Assembly (NCBI GenBank): GCA_016748015.1
Contig: JAAOMT010000289.1
Coordinates: 62,001-126,000 of the forward strand
Source of the DNA: Geosiphon pyriformis uo1
Lineage: Eukaryota; Fungi; Glomeromycota
Reading direction: 5' to 3'
Length of the DNA stretch: 64,000 nt
Shown here: positions 37,307-50,373 of the stretch, piece by piece
Numbering within the stretch: the stretch's first letter is position 1
Layout: every line of letters starts with the position of its first letter
The notes under the pieces: model-generated
The model's database searches: none
What the model saw: the letters and a program-made list of their open reading frames with translations, nothing else
What the model was told of the DNA's origin: nothing
Made by a program: the position numbers and the translations under genes

Positions 37307-38675
37307 GTCTATGTTTCAATGATAATAATTGGTTCCAGATTTCATGGTATATCTTCTAGTCTGATTAATGAAATTTGTGTTCCTAGCTAAGGTACTGATA
37401 ATAATAATTCCTGTTTTGCATGATAAATTTTTAACCAATTTCTATGTGCTACTTTCTTTAAAATTCTGTTTTCCAATTATAATTTGTAAGCTCTATTTTC
37501 TAAAGCTTTGTGTATGTAGAATAAATTGTCCTACTTTGGGTCAAACTTTCCACTCTATTGTTTTTCTACTTTTGTACAATGTAATAGTACTTGGTCTCCA
37601 ATCTTAAATTCCATTGGTTGTTTGAATAGACAATTGTTATGTTTTTCTTTTTGTTGTTCTTGAGCATTACTAATATTGTCAGCTGCTATTCTACGATTGT
37701 TTTCTAATGTTTCCATTAGCTGGTATGTTCTTTGGTATAAGGTATCTTCAAAATTTTCTTTGTTGATAGTTTTTGTTGGGTAAGACACTATTTTTTATTC
37801 AATAAGTAACATTGCTTTTCTTCTATAGACTAATTCGAATGGTGTAAACTGTGTTATATTTTGCTTTAATGTTTGATATGCAAAGAGTACTGAAGGTATG
37901 AATAAGTCCCATTCTTGTTCGTTTTTGTAACTTATTTTTGCTAATGCTTTACATAATGTCCTGTTAAACTATTTCACCAGTCTATTTGTTTATAGGTAAT
38001 ATGGTGATAATAGAGGTCATTTTATACCAAAACATTGACTCAATTTAGTTAATATAGTATTGACAAAATGTGTTTCTTGGTCTGATAACAGTTCTTTCAG
38101 GCATCTATGTCTACATATGAGATTTTGGTGTACAAATTCAGCTACTGTTTTGGTGTCAGTTACTTGGATTGCTCTGGCTTCTGGTTATTTTGTCAAATAG
38201 TCTATGGCTACAGCAATATAATAATTTCTTTTGAATGTTATGAAAAGAAGACCAACCAAATTGATTCTGATTCTATCAAATGGATTTCCAACTAGAATGG
38301 ATTAAAGTGGTTCTGTTATTCTGGCTCCTTCTCTTTATTGACATGAGTCATAATTGAGAACATATTCAAAAATATTCTTATATATTATAGGCCAATAGTA
38401 TAAATTTGTTGTTTTTTCAGAGTTATGTCTTTGTTGAAATGTCCTGTAGTTGGGTCAAAATACATACTATATAATATAGCTTTTTTTTCACTGTTCTTGA
38501 TCAATTGTTATGGAGTGGTGTGGTTTTGTTGTTCTTAACAATAGAATTGACCATTTTGAATAAAGTAATTTTGCACTTGTTTTTGTATAGTATTTTGTTC
38601 TTGTTGAGATAATATCTCCTTGAAACATAGTGTTAATAGATACTGATGTAATTGCTGATAAATAAGTGTGTTCAT
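37307..38675 (-). pseudogene. Integrase of A1 (separate ORF, ATG at 38675)
   Basis: ORFs 38535-38720 and 37555-37788; colinear with the A2 integrase. Confidence 0.88.
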
Positions 38676-38685
38676 GAGTCCAAGA

Positions 38686-41600
38686 TTAGGTTTGTGGCAT
38701 CTTCGACAAACTGTTGGCATTGGTATTCTTGGATTCTTCTTTGTAATAGACTTTGAGTGAGAATTGTTGTAGATAAGTACTCTATTTTACATATTTTTTT
38801 TCCAGCTGTGGGTTATTGAGTAGCCAGATTAATCTTTTATGATTAGTATATAGGTCAAATGGTTGGCTCAGATAATGTTTCCAGATTTGTACTGCCCAAT
38901 AAATGGCAAGACATTCCAAGTCTGTTGCACTATATATCTTTTATGCTGGACTTGTACTACAGTTAGTATATGCAATTGGATGTTCCTTTTTGTCTGGTCC
39001 AATCTGAGATAAGATGGTTCCTAGTGCATTTTTTGAGACATCTATAGCAACAATAAAATGTTTGGTAAAATCTGAGTAGATCAATACTGGAGAGATAAAT
39101 AACCACTGTTTGAGATAGTCAAATGCTTTTTGTTGTTTCTCCTTCCATCAGTATAGTATATGCTTAGATAGCAAATGATGAAGTGGTTTTGTGATGGTTG
39201 AAAAACCTTTGACAAACTGTTGATAATATCTTACTAATCCCAGAAATTCATGTAGTTCTCAAAAATTGATGGGAGCTGGGAAATTTTTGACTTTTTGGAT
39301 TTTGTCTGGATCGGGTTTGACTTCATCTTTGCTGATTACGTGTCCTAAAAATTTCAGTTCAGTTTTCCCAAAGAAGCATTTGTTAGAGTTAAGTTTTAGT
39401 TCAGCATTTCGAAAACATTCGAAAACTTGTTGAAAGTGTAGCAAATGTTCATCAAACATTTCTGAGAACACATTTGTGTTGTTTAAATAAACTATGACTG
39501 ATTTTCATAGGATTTCCTTATATATGACATCCATAAGACACTAGAAGGTGGCAGGAGCATTGCAGAGTTCAAAAGGCATTACATTGAATTCAAAATTTCC
39601 ATTTCGGGTGGTGAATGCTATTTTCTCTTTTTCTTTCAGATCTATTTTGACTTGCCAATATTTACTGGCTAGATCTAGTGACAAAAACTATTTTTTTTTT
39701 CCTAAGTTGTTTAGGATTTCTTAAATAAGAAGAGTGGAATAGCTATCTTCTTGGATAATACTATTTAATTTTTGGTAATCCACACAGAATTATATCTTTC
39801 CATTTTTCTTGGTAACTAAGACCACTGAAGAGGACCAAAGGCTTAATAATTCTTTAATCAGTCCATTGTCAAGCATTCATTGTACTTTCTGTTTAATCAG
39901 ATTATCGCCAGATGGGGGTACTTGGTAAGCTTGCTGCTTAATAGGTTGAGCATCTTCAGTATCAATCTGGTGTTTTACAATGTTGGTGCATCTAAACTTG
40001 TTTTTGCTGGCAAAAACATTGGCATATTGGTTCAATAGAATTTTAAGTTGCATTTGCTATAAAGTGCTCAGATTTCTTAAATTGAGTTTATTGATTTCTT
40101 CTGGTGTGAACAAGTAATTTTCCTTTGACAGGTTCTATATTTGTGAGGTAATGTTACAAAACAAGAACAATTGAGTGAAATCTGAAATGGGCTGGGATTT
40201 TTCTGGATTTTAAATATCTGAAAATATAAAACCAATAAGAGTTCCCTCAGGAATTTTGATAATGTTTTTGATTGGATTGTGGATAGAAATTTTAAAGTGT
40301 TTATGAGCTTTGGCTGGTAAGTACAGGTTAGTGATATTGGTTAATAAGCAGATCTTGGAATTAGCCTTAAAGACTAATAATTGGTTTTGAATCTTTCGGT
40401 CAACTTTGAGAATATACTGCTGATAAAAAAAGATGGAAATGATGGTGTTGGTGTAGATAAGTTCTACCTGGTTACTATTCTCCTCTATAAAATTGACCAT
40501 TACATTCCCTCTTCCACTTGAGCCAAACCGCTTGATTCTTTGGGCAGTAAAGCCTAATTTTTTTTAAGTGGTAACTGGGGCTAATTGGGATATTTTGATT
40601 AAAGGTAGGAAGATGGCTTGGGCAATTTTTTTGTGAGATTTAATCTTGTAGGGTTTGTTTGAATTGTTCTGTAGCATCACAATGATGTTTTCTGTATATT
40701 TGGCATCAATAATTTCTCCTTTTACATTGATTCTTTTCTTTGCAAGATTTGATCTAGACACTATTTGTACCATGGTGCTAACAGAAATTTCTAATGCTAT
40801 CTTGAGATCTATTCTTATTAGGGAATGTAGAGCTATAACTATAAATGACTGTTCAGAGTATCTTAAGTCAAAACTCGCATCAGTCTTATGTGCTTTTTCT
40901 GGGCATATTCCTTTGTCATCGTCACTGTACCACTTTAATTCTAATTTTTTGGAAAAATTGGGATATGCAAGATATTGTTCTATTTTAGTAGTCTGATTCA
41001 GCTCTTGAAATAATATGTTCTTGGCGAGTAATTCCTCTTTTTCCTCAGGCTCAAGTAATTTAGTGATTGGATATAAGATTCTGAAAGGCAGGTTGAATAT
41101 GAGATTATACTTATCGCAGTATTGAAAGTGGCAAGAAATTAAGCAGTAATCACATAGTTTGGTATTTAGATTAGCTAGCCACTGTTCTTACTCTTCTTGG
41201 GTCAAGGCCAATTCTTGATATCAGTTCTGAAATACATTGGGGTCATCTGTGACAAAATCATCTGCAGGATAGTTGGGTCCATTATATTCGGGCATCCAAG
41301 GATTGTTTTTAATTTCTTATATTTCTTTGGACATGGTGCCTTCAGCTTTGGTGCTTGTCATTTTCCAAATTTCGTAATTATTGTGTGAATAATTGTCTAG
41401 TCTATTGAGTGCTTATTTCCAAGCATTCTCAATGGGAGTTTCCTTTCATACCCAATTGTTGATTAATATGGTGTATTGACAAGCCTTGTTGTATGTTTTT
41501 CCTCTGCTAGGCACATCATTTCAGAGTTTTTCATTGGGCAGGATCTTATCACATGTGAAACACAGTGTGTTATTCTACTTGTTTTGTTGTTTTGGTTGTT

Positions 41601-43561
41601 TAAATCTTTTCAGTAAACAAGATCTGCAGTAGTATTTGGTGGCAATAGGCCATTCTTCATTGTTTCCAATACATGCATCCATAATGGATAGCTTCTTTCC
41701 ACAATTGACACATATTAGTCTTGGAGGTTGGTAAAATAAATTTCTTTGGTCTGAAGTTACATATCCTAGTAATAACAATTGGGATTCTTCTTTGGCTCTG
41801 CTTTTTCCTTTTTCTTCTCAGGTTGGTGGTAAGAATAGTTTAATTTAATAATTGTCCACCCATGAAACCTGATAGATCTTGATGGTTGGCAGTAGTAGTG
41901 TATCTTCAAATTCAATAAGGAGTTCCTTAGAATGTTGGGTTTTAAAGTGTCTGCACATAGCTGAGACTTGGACATGCTGTCTGTTGAACATGAATTGAAG
42001 TTCTTAGGTGTTTCAGTTGAGAGTAGCATTGGGTTTTGACAACCAATCATTTTCTACCAGAGCTTAATATTGAGTAGCTTCTATGATGAGTACTTTAGTA
42101 GGGATCTAGATTCCATTAATCTCGAAGAGGAAATTGTCAATTTCTTCTATTGGGGTTTTTGTGTTTCTATTCGCTGTAATGATCTGAGTGGTAGTAGCAT
42201 AGTCTATTCAGTAATCTAGTTGGTCTATGAACTGTTTCGTGATTATGTTACCAGTTGATCTACTATCCAGGATTAATTTAATGTCTATTCCTCTGACTCT
42301 AATGTCAGTGTATATGGCTGTTATTGGTTTATTTTGATTGATGACTGCTTTACTAAAAAGGCTATGGGTGTTCAAATTATTGATGTCAAAAGAAAATATG
42401 GCAGCTAGAGTGGTGTTCTTGGTAATAGTGGCTGGTGGAATATTACTTTTTGTTGGCTTAGAAGATTGGGAGATTTGTTCTATATTCCTCCCTTCCACAA
42501 ATGTAGATTTATCAAAACCCTGGTTTTCCATGAGACCAAAATAGAAAGCTTGATTCGGGTATTCAGTTGGTGCTGGTCAAAATTGGGCAGGGCTGTGAGA
42601 GATTGGTCAAGACGGTCCGCTGTTGGTTTGCATCTAATTGTTGTTGGAATTCCTTCATCCCTAATTATAGTCTATGGCTCGAGGTCTAAGTTGGCTGTAA
42701 GAGGAAGTTTGATAGTGAAGGATTGCTTGTGTTATTGGTGATAGTTGATAATAATTCTAGGGTAGTAGTTAAATGTACAGGACTTGTTGTGCATACTGGG
42801 ATGGTTAATTTTAAGGTATAAAATATTGGAATATTATGTTTTGCTAATGTCTTGGTTGCTGGTATTGGTTTCCTTAATTTTGGTTCATTATCTTCTTTCT
42901 GCAGTCACAGACAATGTGTTCAGGTTTTTGGCAGTAGTAACAGTTGTGGGGATCAGATCTCCAAGGTTGTTGCTGTTGCTGATGGTTCTGTTGCTGTGAG
43001 TATCTGCTGTTGTTATTATTTTCTTTTTATTGTGGTGGTTGGTAAGTTTCTATGGTTCCGGCTAAGAATTTCTCAATTTTCTGAGTTAATTTCTCACTTA
43101 ATTGGGTTATTTTTGCGTTGATGTCAGAAGTTCTATTAATGGCTAAATTTACAGCTTGGGTATAGTTCACTTCTTGTTCTGTGGATTCAAAATTGCGAGC
43201 AAGAGCAACTGTTTCTTGTAGGTTTGTCAGATGGTGAGATCATATGGATCTTAAGAGACTGCTTCTTAGTCTTTTAATGAATTGATTGAGGACTTGCATA
43301 GTAGTATAATAATTCTGCTTGATGGCTAGGATTTGTCGAAGGACTTAATTGAATCTTTCAAGATAAGTAGTTACTGCTTTATGGTTGTTTTGTTTTATTA
43401 TACTAAATTGATTTTGCAATTAGATGAGTGTATTAAGGTCACAGAAGTATTGCAGAAATGTGCGTTTAAACCCAGTAAAGGAGATAGGTTTCTTTGCAAA
43501 GCTCTAATACTATGAATTAGTAGTTCTGGTCAGAAAGAACAGCAAGATCTAAATTGTGTGA
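38686..43561 (-). pseudogene. gag(3' part)-protease-Cys-rich-dUTPase-RT-RNase H of A1
   Basis: ORFs at 42208 (LILDSRSTG), 41575 (CVNC...YCRSC), 40564 (SRSNLA, IIDAKY, KIAQ), 40210 and 39259 (RT) all share one frame. Confidence 0.9.
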
Positions 43562-44550
43562 TGTTACCAGAGGTTTTTGGTCTCTTTTTTTGAATGTTGT
43601 AACTGTTTGTTGGTTGCAAATTCACATTTTCTAGAAGTAGTTGAACCTTCAATAACTGAATTTATCTTCAAATTATCTCCTATAATTTAACTGCTGGGCT
43701 TATAAGCAGAATGGCCAATTCCTTGCCAGTTATTTTATGTAGTTACGTTGTAGTAAATGTCAACTCTTTCCCAGAAATTGCTCATCTGGAAGCTCACTAA
43801 AAATGTGTAGTTACTTTGCTGTAAAAGTCAACTCTTCTACAGAAATCTTGTCTGTAGGCTACTCTAATGATTGTAATAAGAAAAGAAAAGAAAAATAAAA
43901 GAAATGTAAAAGAAATAGAATTTTATCAAGGAAAACATTTTCTATCCAGGCCTGGAGTCATTAACAGTTTACTGAAATTGGTAGCTAATCAATTTCAAAA
44001 CGTTAGTTGGGTTTTGGGAATTTTCCAAGTGCAATAATTAAAGAATTTGGTTTTTCAAATTATTTGATATTTATTTCTTTTTGTGTGTATAGGAATGGTT
44101 CTAAGTGATAAATCTAAAGTAAGATACATTTTCTTGAAGAAAAAAGCTCTTTTTTTATACAACTTGTTGTAGTACTAGTCTATGAACTTGCACTTTTTCT
44201 CTTTGCTCAAATTTTGGTGAATTAAAGATACATTTTGATGGACTACAAGTTATTTTGCTGAACTATTGATTAATTTGAATAAACTATTCATAATTTCGGC
44301 AAATTTCTATAAATTTCGGCGAATTTCTGTAAATTTCGGCGAATTTTTGAATGTTACAAAGTTCAAAGTATTGTGTAATTTGATCATCCTACTTTTTGTT
44401 ATACTAATTGGATTATTTAATTGAATCGTGATATGTAATAATTGATTAAATAATAAATGATAATTTGAAATGATATTAATATACTAATTAATTATAGGAA
44501 TTATAAGAGTAATTTCATGCTAATTAATAGCTAAAATTCTACTGGTAACA
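43562..44550 (-). repeat. 3' LTR of B
   Basis: Direct repeat of 62664-63653. Confidence 0.96.
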
Positions 44551-44561
44551 TAATCTCCTCT

Positions 44562-45238
44562 TCAAGACTAAGCTCCATTAAAATCCAAGCACTATCTGTG
44601 ATATTAAGATAGTGATCCAAAATAATTGAAGTAATCTGGTCTGAAAATTGTTGAAATTTCAGTTCTGTAAGTTTGCCAATGTATTGGACTTTCATTGGTT
44701 GCAGTATTGGATTTTATAGAACATTTTCACAAGTATTAAACAAATCATAAAGTCTAAAAGCTGCTCTAAGTTTGTAGCAAGTGTTTGTTGGTCCAGCTGC
44801 TGTTTTGAATTCATTATGAATTTGTTTTTGTATAGCTTCAGGAATGAGATTTGTTGTTTTAAGTTCCAGTTTTCGTTTATAAAGTGTCTTTCCAATGTGA
44901 AAATATTTATAGATAAAAGTGTGTTCATTGTTCTGTTCATTGAGAAGTAGTAGAAGTTTTTGTTGCATTGTAGCATTTAGTGGAATGTTAATAAGGGCAA
45001 TTAAAAAATTTTCTTCCAGTACTTGTTTCAAAAGTCTTGGTAACTTATTTTCAGAGTAACTTCTTGTTTTTCTTCTATAGGGGTGATAGTTCTGTAAATG
45101 ATTTACTACTGGGGCTGTGGTTTCTTTCTGAATGTAATTAATTTGACTTTTATTAATTGTTATGGATAAGTCAGGAAGTGTTTTTAAGACTAACATTAAC
45201 TTTTGGGATATTTGTTGAATATTTCGGAGAATAATCAT
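44562..45238 (-). pseudogene. Accessory ORF3 of B (174-aa ORF, homology continues past an internal stop)
   Basis: MIILRNIQQISQKLM...LSITIN...YKYFHIGK...LRAAFRLYDLFNTCENVL*NP...IGKLTELKFQQF. Confidence 0.8.
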
Positions 45239-45389
45239 GATAAAATTGACTAATTATGCAAAGGAAGAATAAAGAAAATTATTTTTGGATATGGGGTTTT
45301 TATTTGTTTTTGGGTTTGGGTGTTTTTTGTAATTATTTACTATTTTTTGTCTTTGTGTTTTTATTAAAATTATTGTAAAATTTAAGTGT

Positions 45390-46764
45390 TCAAGTTTGGT
45401 TGTTGTTCTATTATAATTATTGGTTCTAAATTTCGGGAAATATCTTCAGGATTAATTAAAGAGGAATGTGTACCAATTTGTGAAATTAGTGGTTCAGGAT
45501 TGTTTCTGAATTGATAGTGTTTCAATCTGTCTCCATGTGCAACTTTTGCTAGTATTTTGTCATCAAGTCTTAACTTGTATAATTTATTGCCTAGAATTTT
45601 GTAAATATAAAATGGTCCATCCCATTTATGTTCAAATTTTCCACTTCATTGTTTTTCAGCCTTAGTTCTGTGTAAGAGAACTTTATTTCCAACTTTAAAT
45701 TCGTTGGTTATGAGTGGTAATTTGTTGTCATGTCTTTCTTTTTGTTGAGCTTAGGAATGTTCAATATGAGTTGCTGCTATTCTTTTTTTTCCTTCCAGTG
45801 TACTAAGAAGAGTGTAGGCCCTTTTTTGGAGTGTTTCTTGAAAGTTTTCTTTATTAATTGGTTGTACAGGGTATGTTTCTACTGTGAAATTAATTGGTAA
45901 TATTGCTGTCCTTCCATAAGTAAAGTCAAATGGTATGTGTTTCATAGTATCTTGTTTTAGTGTTCTGTATGCTAGTAACACTGATGGAATAAAGATATCC
46001 CATTCCTGTTTAAAGTCTGTTAAGACTTTGGCTAGAGATTCACACAATGTTCTGTTGAAACATTCTACAAGTTCATTTGTTTGAGGGTGATAAGATGATG
46101 ATAGAGGTCTTTTGACATTGAATCGTTCACAAATTTTTTGTATCAAGTTGTTCACAAAATGTGTTTCTTGATCAGATAAAAGTTCAATTGGACATCTATG
46201 TCTACAGATAATGTCTTCATAGATGAAATTTGCTACTGATTTTGTATCTGCTCTTTGGATGACTCTAGCTTCAGACCATTTGGTAAAATAATCCACTGCA
46301 ACTACAATATAATAATTTTTTTGGGTTGTGATAGATAATGGTCTGATTAAATTAATTCCAACTCTGTCAAAAAGTTGTCCAACTTTGATTGGATTTAAAA
46401 GTTCTGTGGGGCAAGTTCCTTTTTTTCTTTGACAACTATCACAAGATTCTACATATTGTCAAATGTTTTTTTGCATATGAAACCAAAAATAATGTTCAAG
46501 AATTCTTTAAATTGTTCCATCTCTTCCCAAGTGTGCTGAAGAAGGATCTGTGTGCATGTTGTATAAAATTGTTTCTTTTTCATTTTCCTGTACTAATCTA
46601 AGTGGTTGGTTTGGGTTTTTATGATTTTGGTAATAGATTTTGTTGTGGTGTATAAAATATTGTTTGGATTGGTGTTGTAATCGATGTTTTTCACTTGGAG
46701 ACCAATTTTCTGGCATGGTGAAAGTCTTCAAATAGTTTTTGATGTTGTAGTTTTCTGGATCTAT
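45390..46764 (-). pseudogene. Integrase of B (separate ORF)
   Basis: MHTDPSSAHLG zinc-finger part; DYFTKWSEA...LLSDQETHF...YHPQTNELVECFNRTL; WDGPFY module. Confidence 0.92.
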
Positions 46765-46831
46765 TGTTGTTGATTTTGTTGTTTGTTTTGCTGTTAAGTT
46801 TGTTGGTGTTTTGTTGGTGTTGATATTGGTA

Positions 46832-48240
46832 TTAATATTGTCTCATTCTTGAGAGACTATTAACATTGGTGTGTAGTTTTCTTGGTTTGTGATGTACAAT
46901 GTATCTGTAGTCTGCTAGGAAGTTATTCCATCAAGACTGTTTGGCACTTTGTTCAGTTTTCTTTTTATTAAGCCATTTGAGGCCAATATTGTCAGTTATT
47001 ATGTTAAATTCTTTTCCATTCTTCAGGTATTGTTGAAAGTATTTAAAAGCCCAGATGACTGCAGCAGCTTCCAATTCAGTTGAGCCATATTTGAGTTCTG
47101 TTGGCTTGAGTGTTCTGCTGGCATAGGCAATAACTTGTTCCTGGCCATTTTCATCCAATTGTGATAAGATGGCACCAAATGCTATGTGTGAAGCATTAGT
47201 GGCTAATTGGAATTGTTTGTTGAAGTCTGGGTAAACAAAAACTGGGGCTGTTGTCAATTTTGTTTTGAGAGTTTCAAAAGCTTTTTGTTGTTCTTCAGTT
47301 CATTTGTATGGCACATTTTTGTTGGTAAGATAATTGAGTGGTTTGGCAATTTCTGAGAATCTTCTTATAAATTTTTGATAGTAAAAGGCTAATCCTACAA
47401 ATTCTCGTAGTTCTGTGGTATTTCTGGGAGTTTGAAAGTTTTTGACAGCACTGATTGTTTCAGGATTTGGTTTGACTCCATTTTTGCTAACAATGTGTTT
47501 GAGGAAAATTAAGCTTGTTTTTTCAAAGTGATATTTTTTAATGTTTAACTTCAATCCTGCTTTCCATAATCATTGAAAAACTTCTCACAGGTGGATAAGA
47601 TGAGTCTCAAAGCTTGGTGAGTATACATTAGTGTCAATAAAATAGACAACTACTGATTGCCACAAGAGTCTTTCATATACAACATCCATGAGTTGCTGGA
47701 TGTTGCTGGTGCATTGCAGAGTCAAAAAGGCATAACATTGAACTCATAGTTTCCTCCTTGGGTGGTAAATGCTGTTTTGGGTCGGTCTTTTGGGTCCATT
47801 TCGACTTATCAGTATCCACTTTTCAAGTCTAAAGTTGAGAAAAACTTGGCTTTTCCTAGAGCATCTAGCATGTCATCAATTCTTGAAAGAGAATAGACAT
47901 CTCCAATTGTCACACTGTTCAATTGGCAATAGTCAACACAAAATCTGATTTTTCCATTTTTTTTTTTGACAAAGACTACTGGTGAGGCCCAAGAACTTCT
48001 TGATGATTGAATCAATCCATTATTGAGCATTTTCTGGACTTCTTCTCTGATGAATTGGTGGCTGGCAGGTGGCACTCTGTAAGCTTGCTGACATTTTGGT
48101 AAAACATCTTCTGTATGAATCTGATGTTGAACCATATCCGTTTTTCCAGGTCATTGTTGTCTTTTGCAAATATATCTGCAAATTCAGCTATCAATTATTT
48201 CAATTGTCTTTGTTGTTAAGGTTTTAAGGGACCCATGTTG
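46832..48240 (-). pseudogene. RT and RNase H of B
   Basis: SSWASPVVFVKKKNGKIRFCVDY...LDLKSGY; ATNASHIAFGAILSQ...YGSTELEAAAVIWA. Confidence 0.93.
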
Positions 48241-48481
48241 ATTCAAGAGAGTTTTTTTTCTAAAAAGTGGTAGTTTTCAGTAATGAGAATGATATTTGGA
48301 TTTGAGAGTAAAATGTGTCTTACAATTTCGATGAAATTAGAGACAATTTAAGGGTTTTCATCTTGAAAAATATTGCTGTGTATGATTCCAATCTTTAGTT
48401 TGTTTAATAAAACAATAGAGTAATTATTGGAGTTGTAGAATGTAACTTGAAATTTTTTCATTCCTTTGGGAATATAAACAT

Positions 48482-49544
48482 TGTTATGAGTAAACTTGGT
48501 GAGTATAAGAAATGGTAATGTTTGGTGCTCTCAATTTTAGATGATGCGTTTTCTGCATAATTCTGTTGGCTTAGTCTTGATTATCAGTCTCTGAAGGTCT
48601 ATTTCTGGATGTGAATTTACCCATTGAGTTCTTTGGTTATAAGGCACAGAGTTTGTCTTTTGTTAATTGCAATGTTTTTTGTAAATGTAAGCTTTCTTTT
48701 CCGAGCTAATAAACACAGTTGTTAGGGTCTGGCATTGTCTTTTCACCCTTCTGGTAAGCTAACAAGATAATGTTATTATCCAAAACTTAGGGGGAGCTTC
48801 CCTTTTTTACCAGGCTATCACGAAGTTTATTCTCAGACAGTCGATTTTACTATGTTGTCACTCCACAAAAATAAGACAGAAAAAAAAAGAAAAAGAGAAA
48901 AAAAGATAAATTAATATCATCAATCGCCATTATCAAGAGTAATTGGTCCAAATCGTTAATAGGTTAGAGGCAGTTATGCTAAGAGCATCTGTCCTAGAAT
49001 GGAGGTACAAGACAAGGGTTAATTCACGTAAATTCCACAAAGTTCAAGAACATAAATTCGTGATTCTGATTTCTTTTTAATAATTGGTTTATTTCAGGAG
49101 ATAAAATAAAGAAGATAATAAAGGATGAAGGGGTATGAATATTTAATTCTTGTCTAGAGGTTTGTATCTATCTGTCTATCTTTTCTCACTTTTACAACTA
49201 CTTGCTTTTATACATTCTTTTGGTTTTACAGAATTGCTTTCAATTGTTTCGCTATCACTAGCTATTGCTTTGTTGTTTTTGTTATTGCTTTGTTTTTCTA
49301 TGTTATTGCTAGTTATCCTATGTTATAACATGTTATCTGACGTTATTACATGTTATTCTGTGTTATCCTACATTATAACACATTATTCTACGTTATTGTG
49401 CACTATTTTGTGTTATTCTGCATTATAACATATTATCCTATGTTATAATGTGTTATCCAACGTTATTGCGCATTATTCTGTGTTATGTCATGTTTTGGTC
49501 ACGTTTTTTCTTAACTTTGGATTGGTTTTTCTACTTGGGTAACA
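48482..49544 (-). repeat. 3' LTR of A2
   Basis: Direct repeat of 57580-58642 with TG...CA termini. Confidence 0.96.
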
Positions 49545-49558
49545 TTATCTCTCTCTTT

Positions 49559-50293
49559 TTAAAATTGAGCTTCTGCGAAACTGTATGTATTTGTTATCAT
49601 GGCTTTGTTCGTGTAATGTTTGATTGTTGCCTCGAGTATTGCTTTTTGTAGGTCTTTGAACTGTTGATTGGTTATTCGTTCTATGTTGTTAACCATTATG
49701 GTTTTCATAGATCCATTCAATAGCACATTTGGGCAATGTTGGAAGGTGGCATATAGTTGATATGCTGCTTTGTAATATAGGGTCAGGTTGTTTTTTTCTA
49801 CGAATTTTTCTACTTGTTGTATTGCTTCTTTGTTAAATGTTTTCTGGCTGAGGTCTTCATATGGTGTTTTCAAATTAAGCTGTTCTCCAATTTTGTAGAA
49901 CCAATAAGCTGGGGGAAGTTTTTCTTTCTATTCCTGGATATTGTCAGGTGTCCACTCCCCTGTTTTGGGGAGTTCGATCCCACGAGCTAAAGCTTCTTTT
50001 ATTTCTTCAAGCTCGGAGACCAAGTATCTTCTTTTGTAACCTTTTTCTTGTTCTTTGCCTCCTTTTTTTCTACCTCCTGCCCAAAGACAATTTTTCCTCC
50101 AACATTGTCTTTTGGGTGGTAGGTAGGGGAGAGAACATTTAGTTCTAATTGAACTCTCATCTTCTCCTCTCCTGTTCTTATCTTTGTACTATATCTTTTT
50201 TTTATCAATTGTTATTTCTATTTGAAATGTCAATTTTTAAATTGTTTCAAATAATTGTTTAGATAATTTTAAAATTTGATCTGAAAGGTTCAT
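49559..50293 (-). pseudogene. Accessory ORF3 of A2
   Basis: ATG at 50293 (MNLSDQILKLSKQLFETI); WFYKIGEQL...YYKAAYQLYATFQHCPNVLL...IERITNQQFKDLQ...EAQF*. Confidence 0.82.
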
Positions 50294-50373
50294 GTTGAAA
50301 TTTCTATTGTTTCTTGCTGCTTTTCGGATGCTATATATATTTGAATTCCCCAATTTAATTTGCTGCCCATTGT

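Noticed and set aside
49150-49651. Hydrophobic plus-strand ORFs in LTRs (also 5138, 9385, 11632, 36264, 58248) that look like membrane or Env proteins
   Set aside because: They are translations of T-rich U3 tandem repeats, antisense to the element, and their starts and stops are not conserved between copies.
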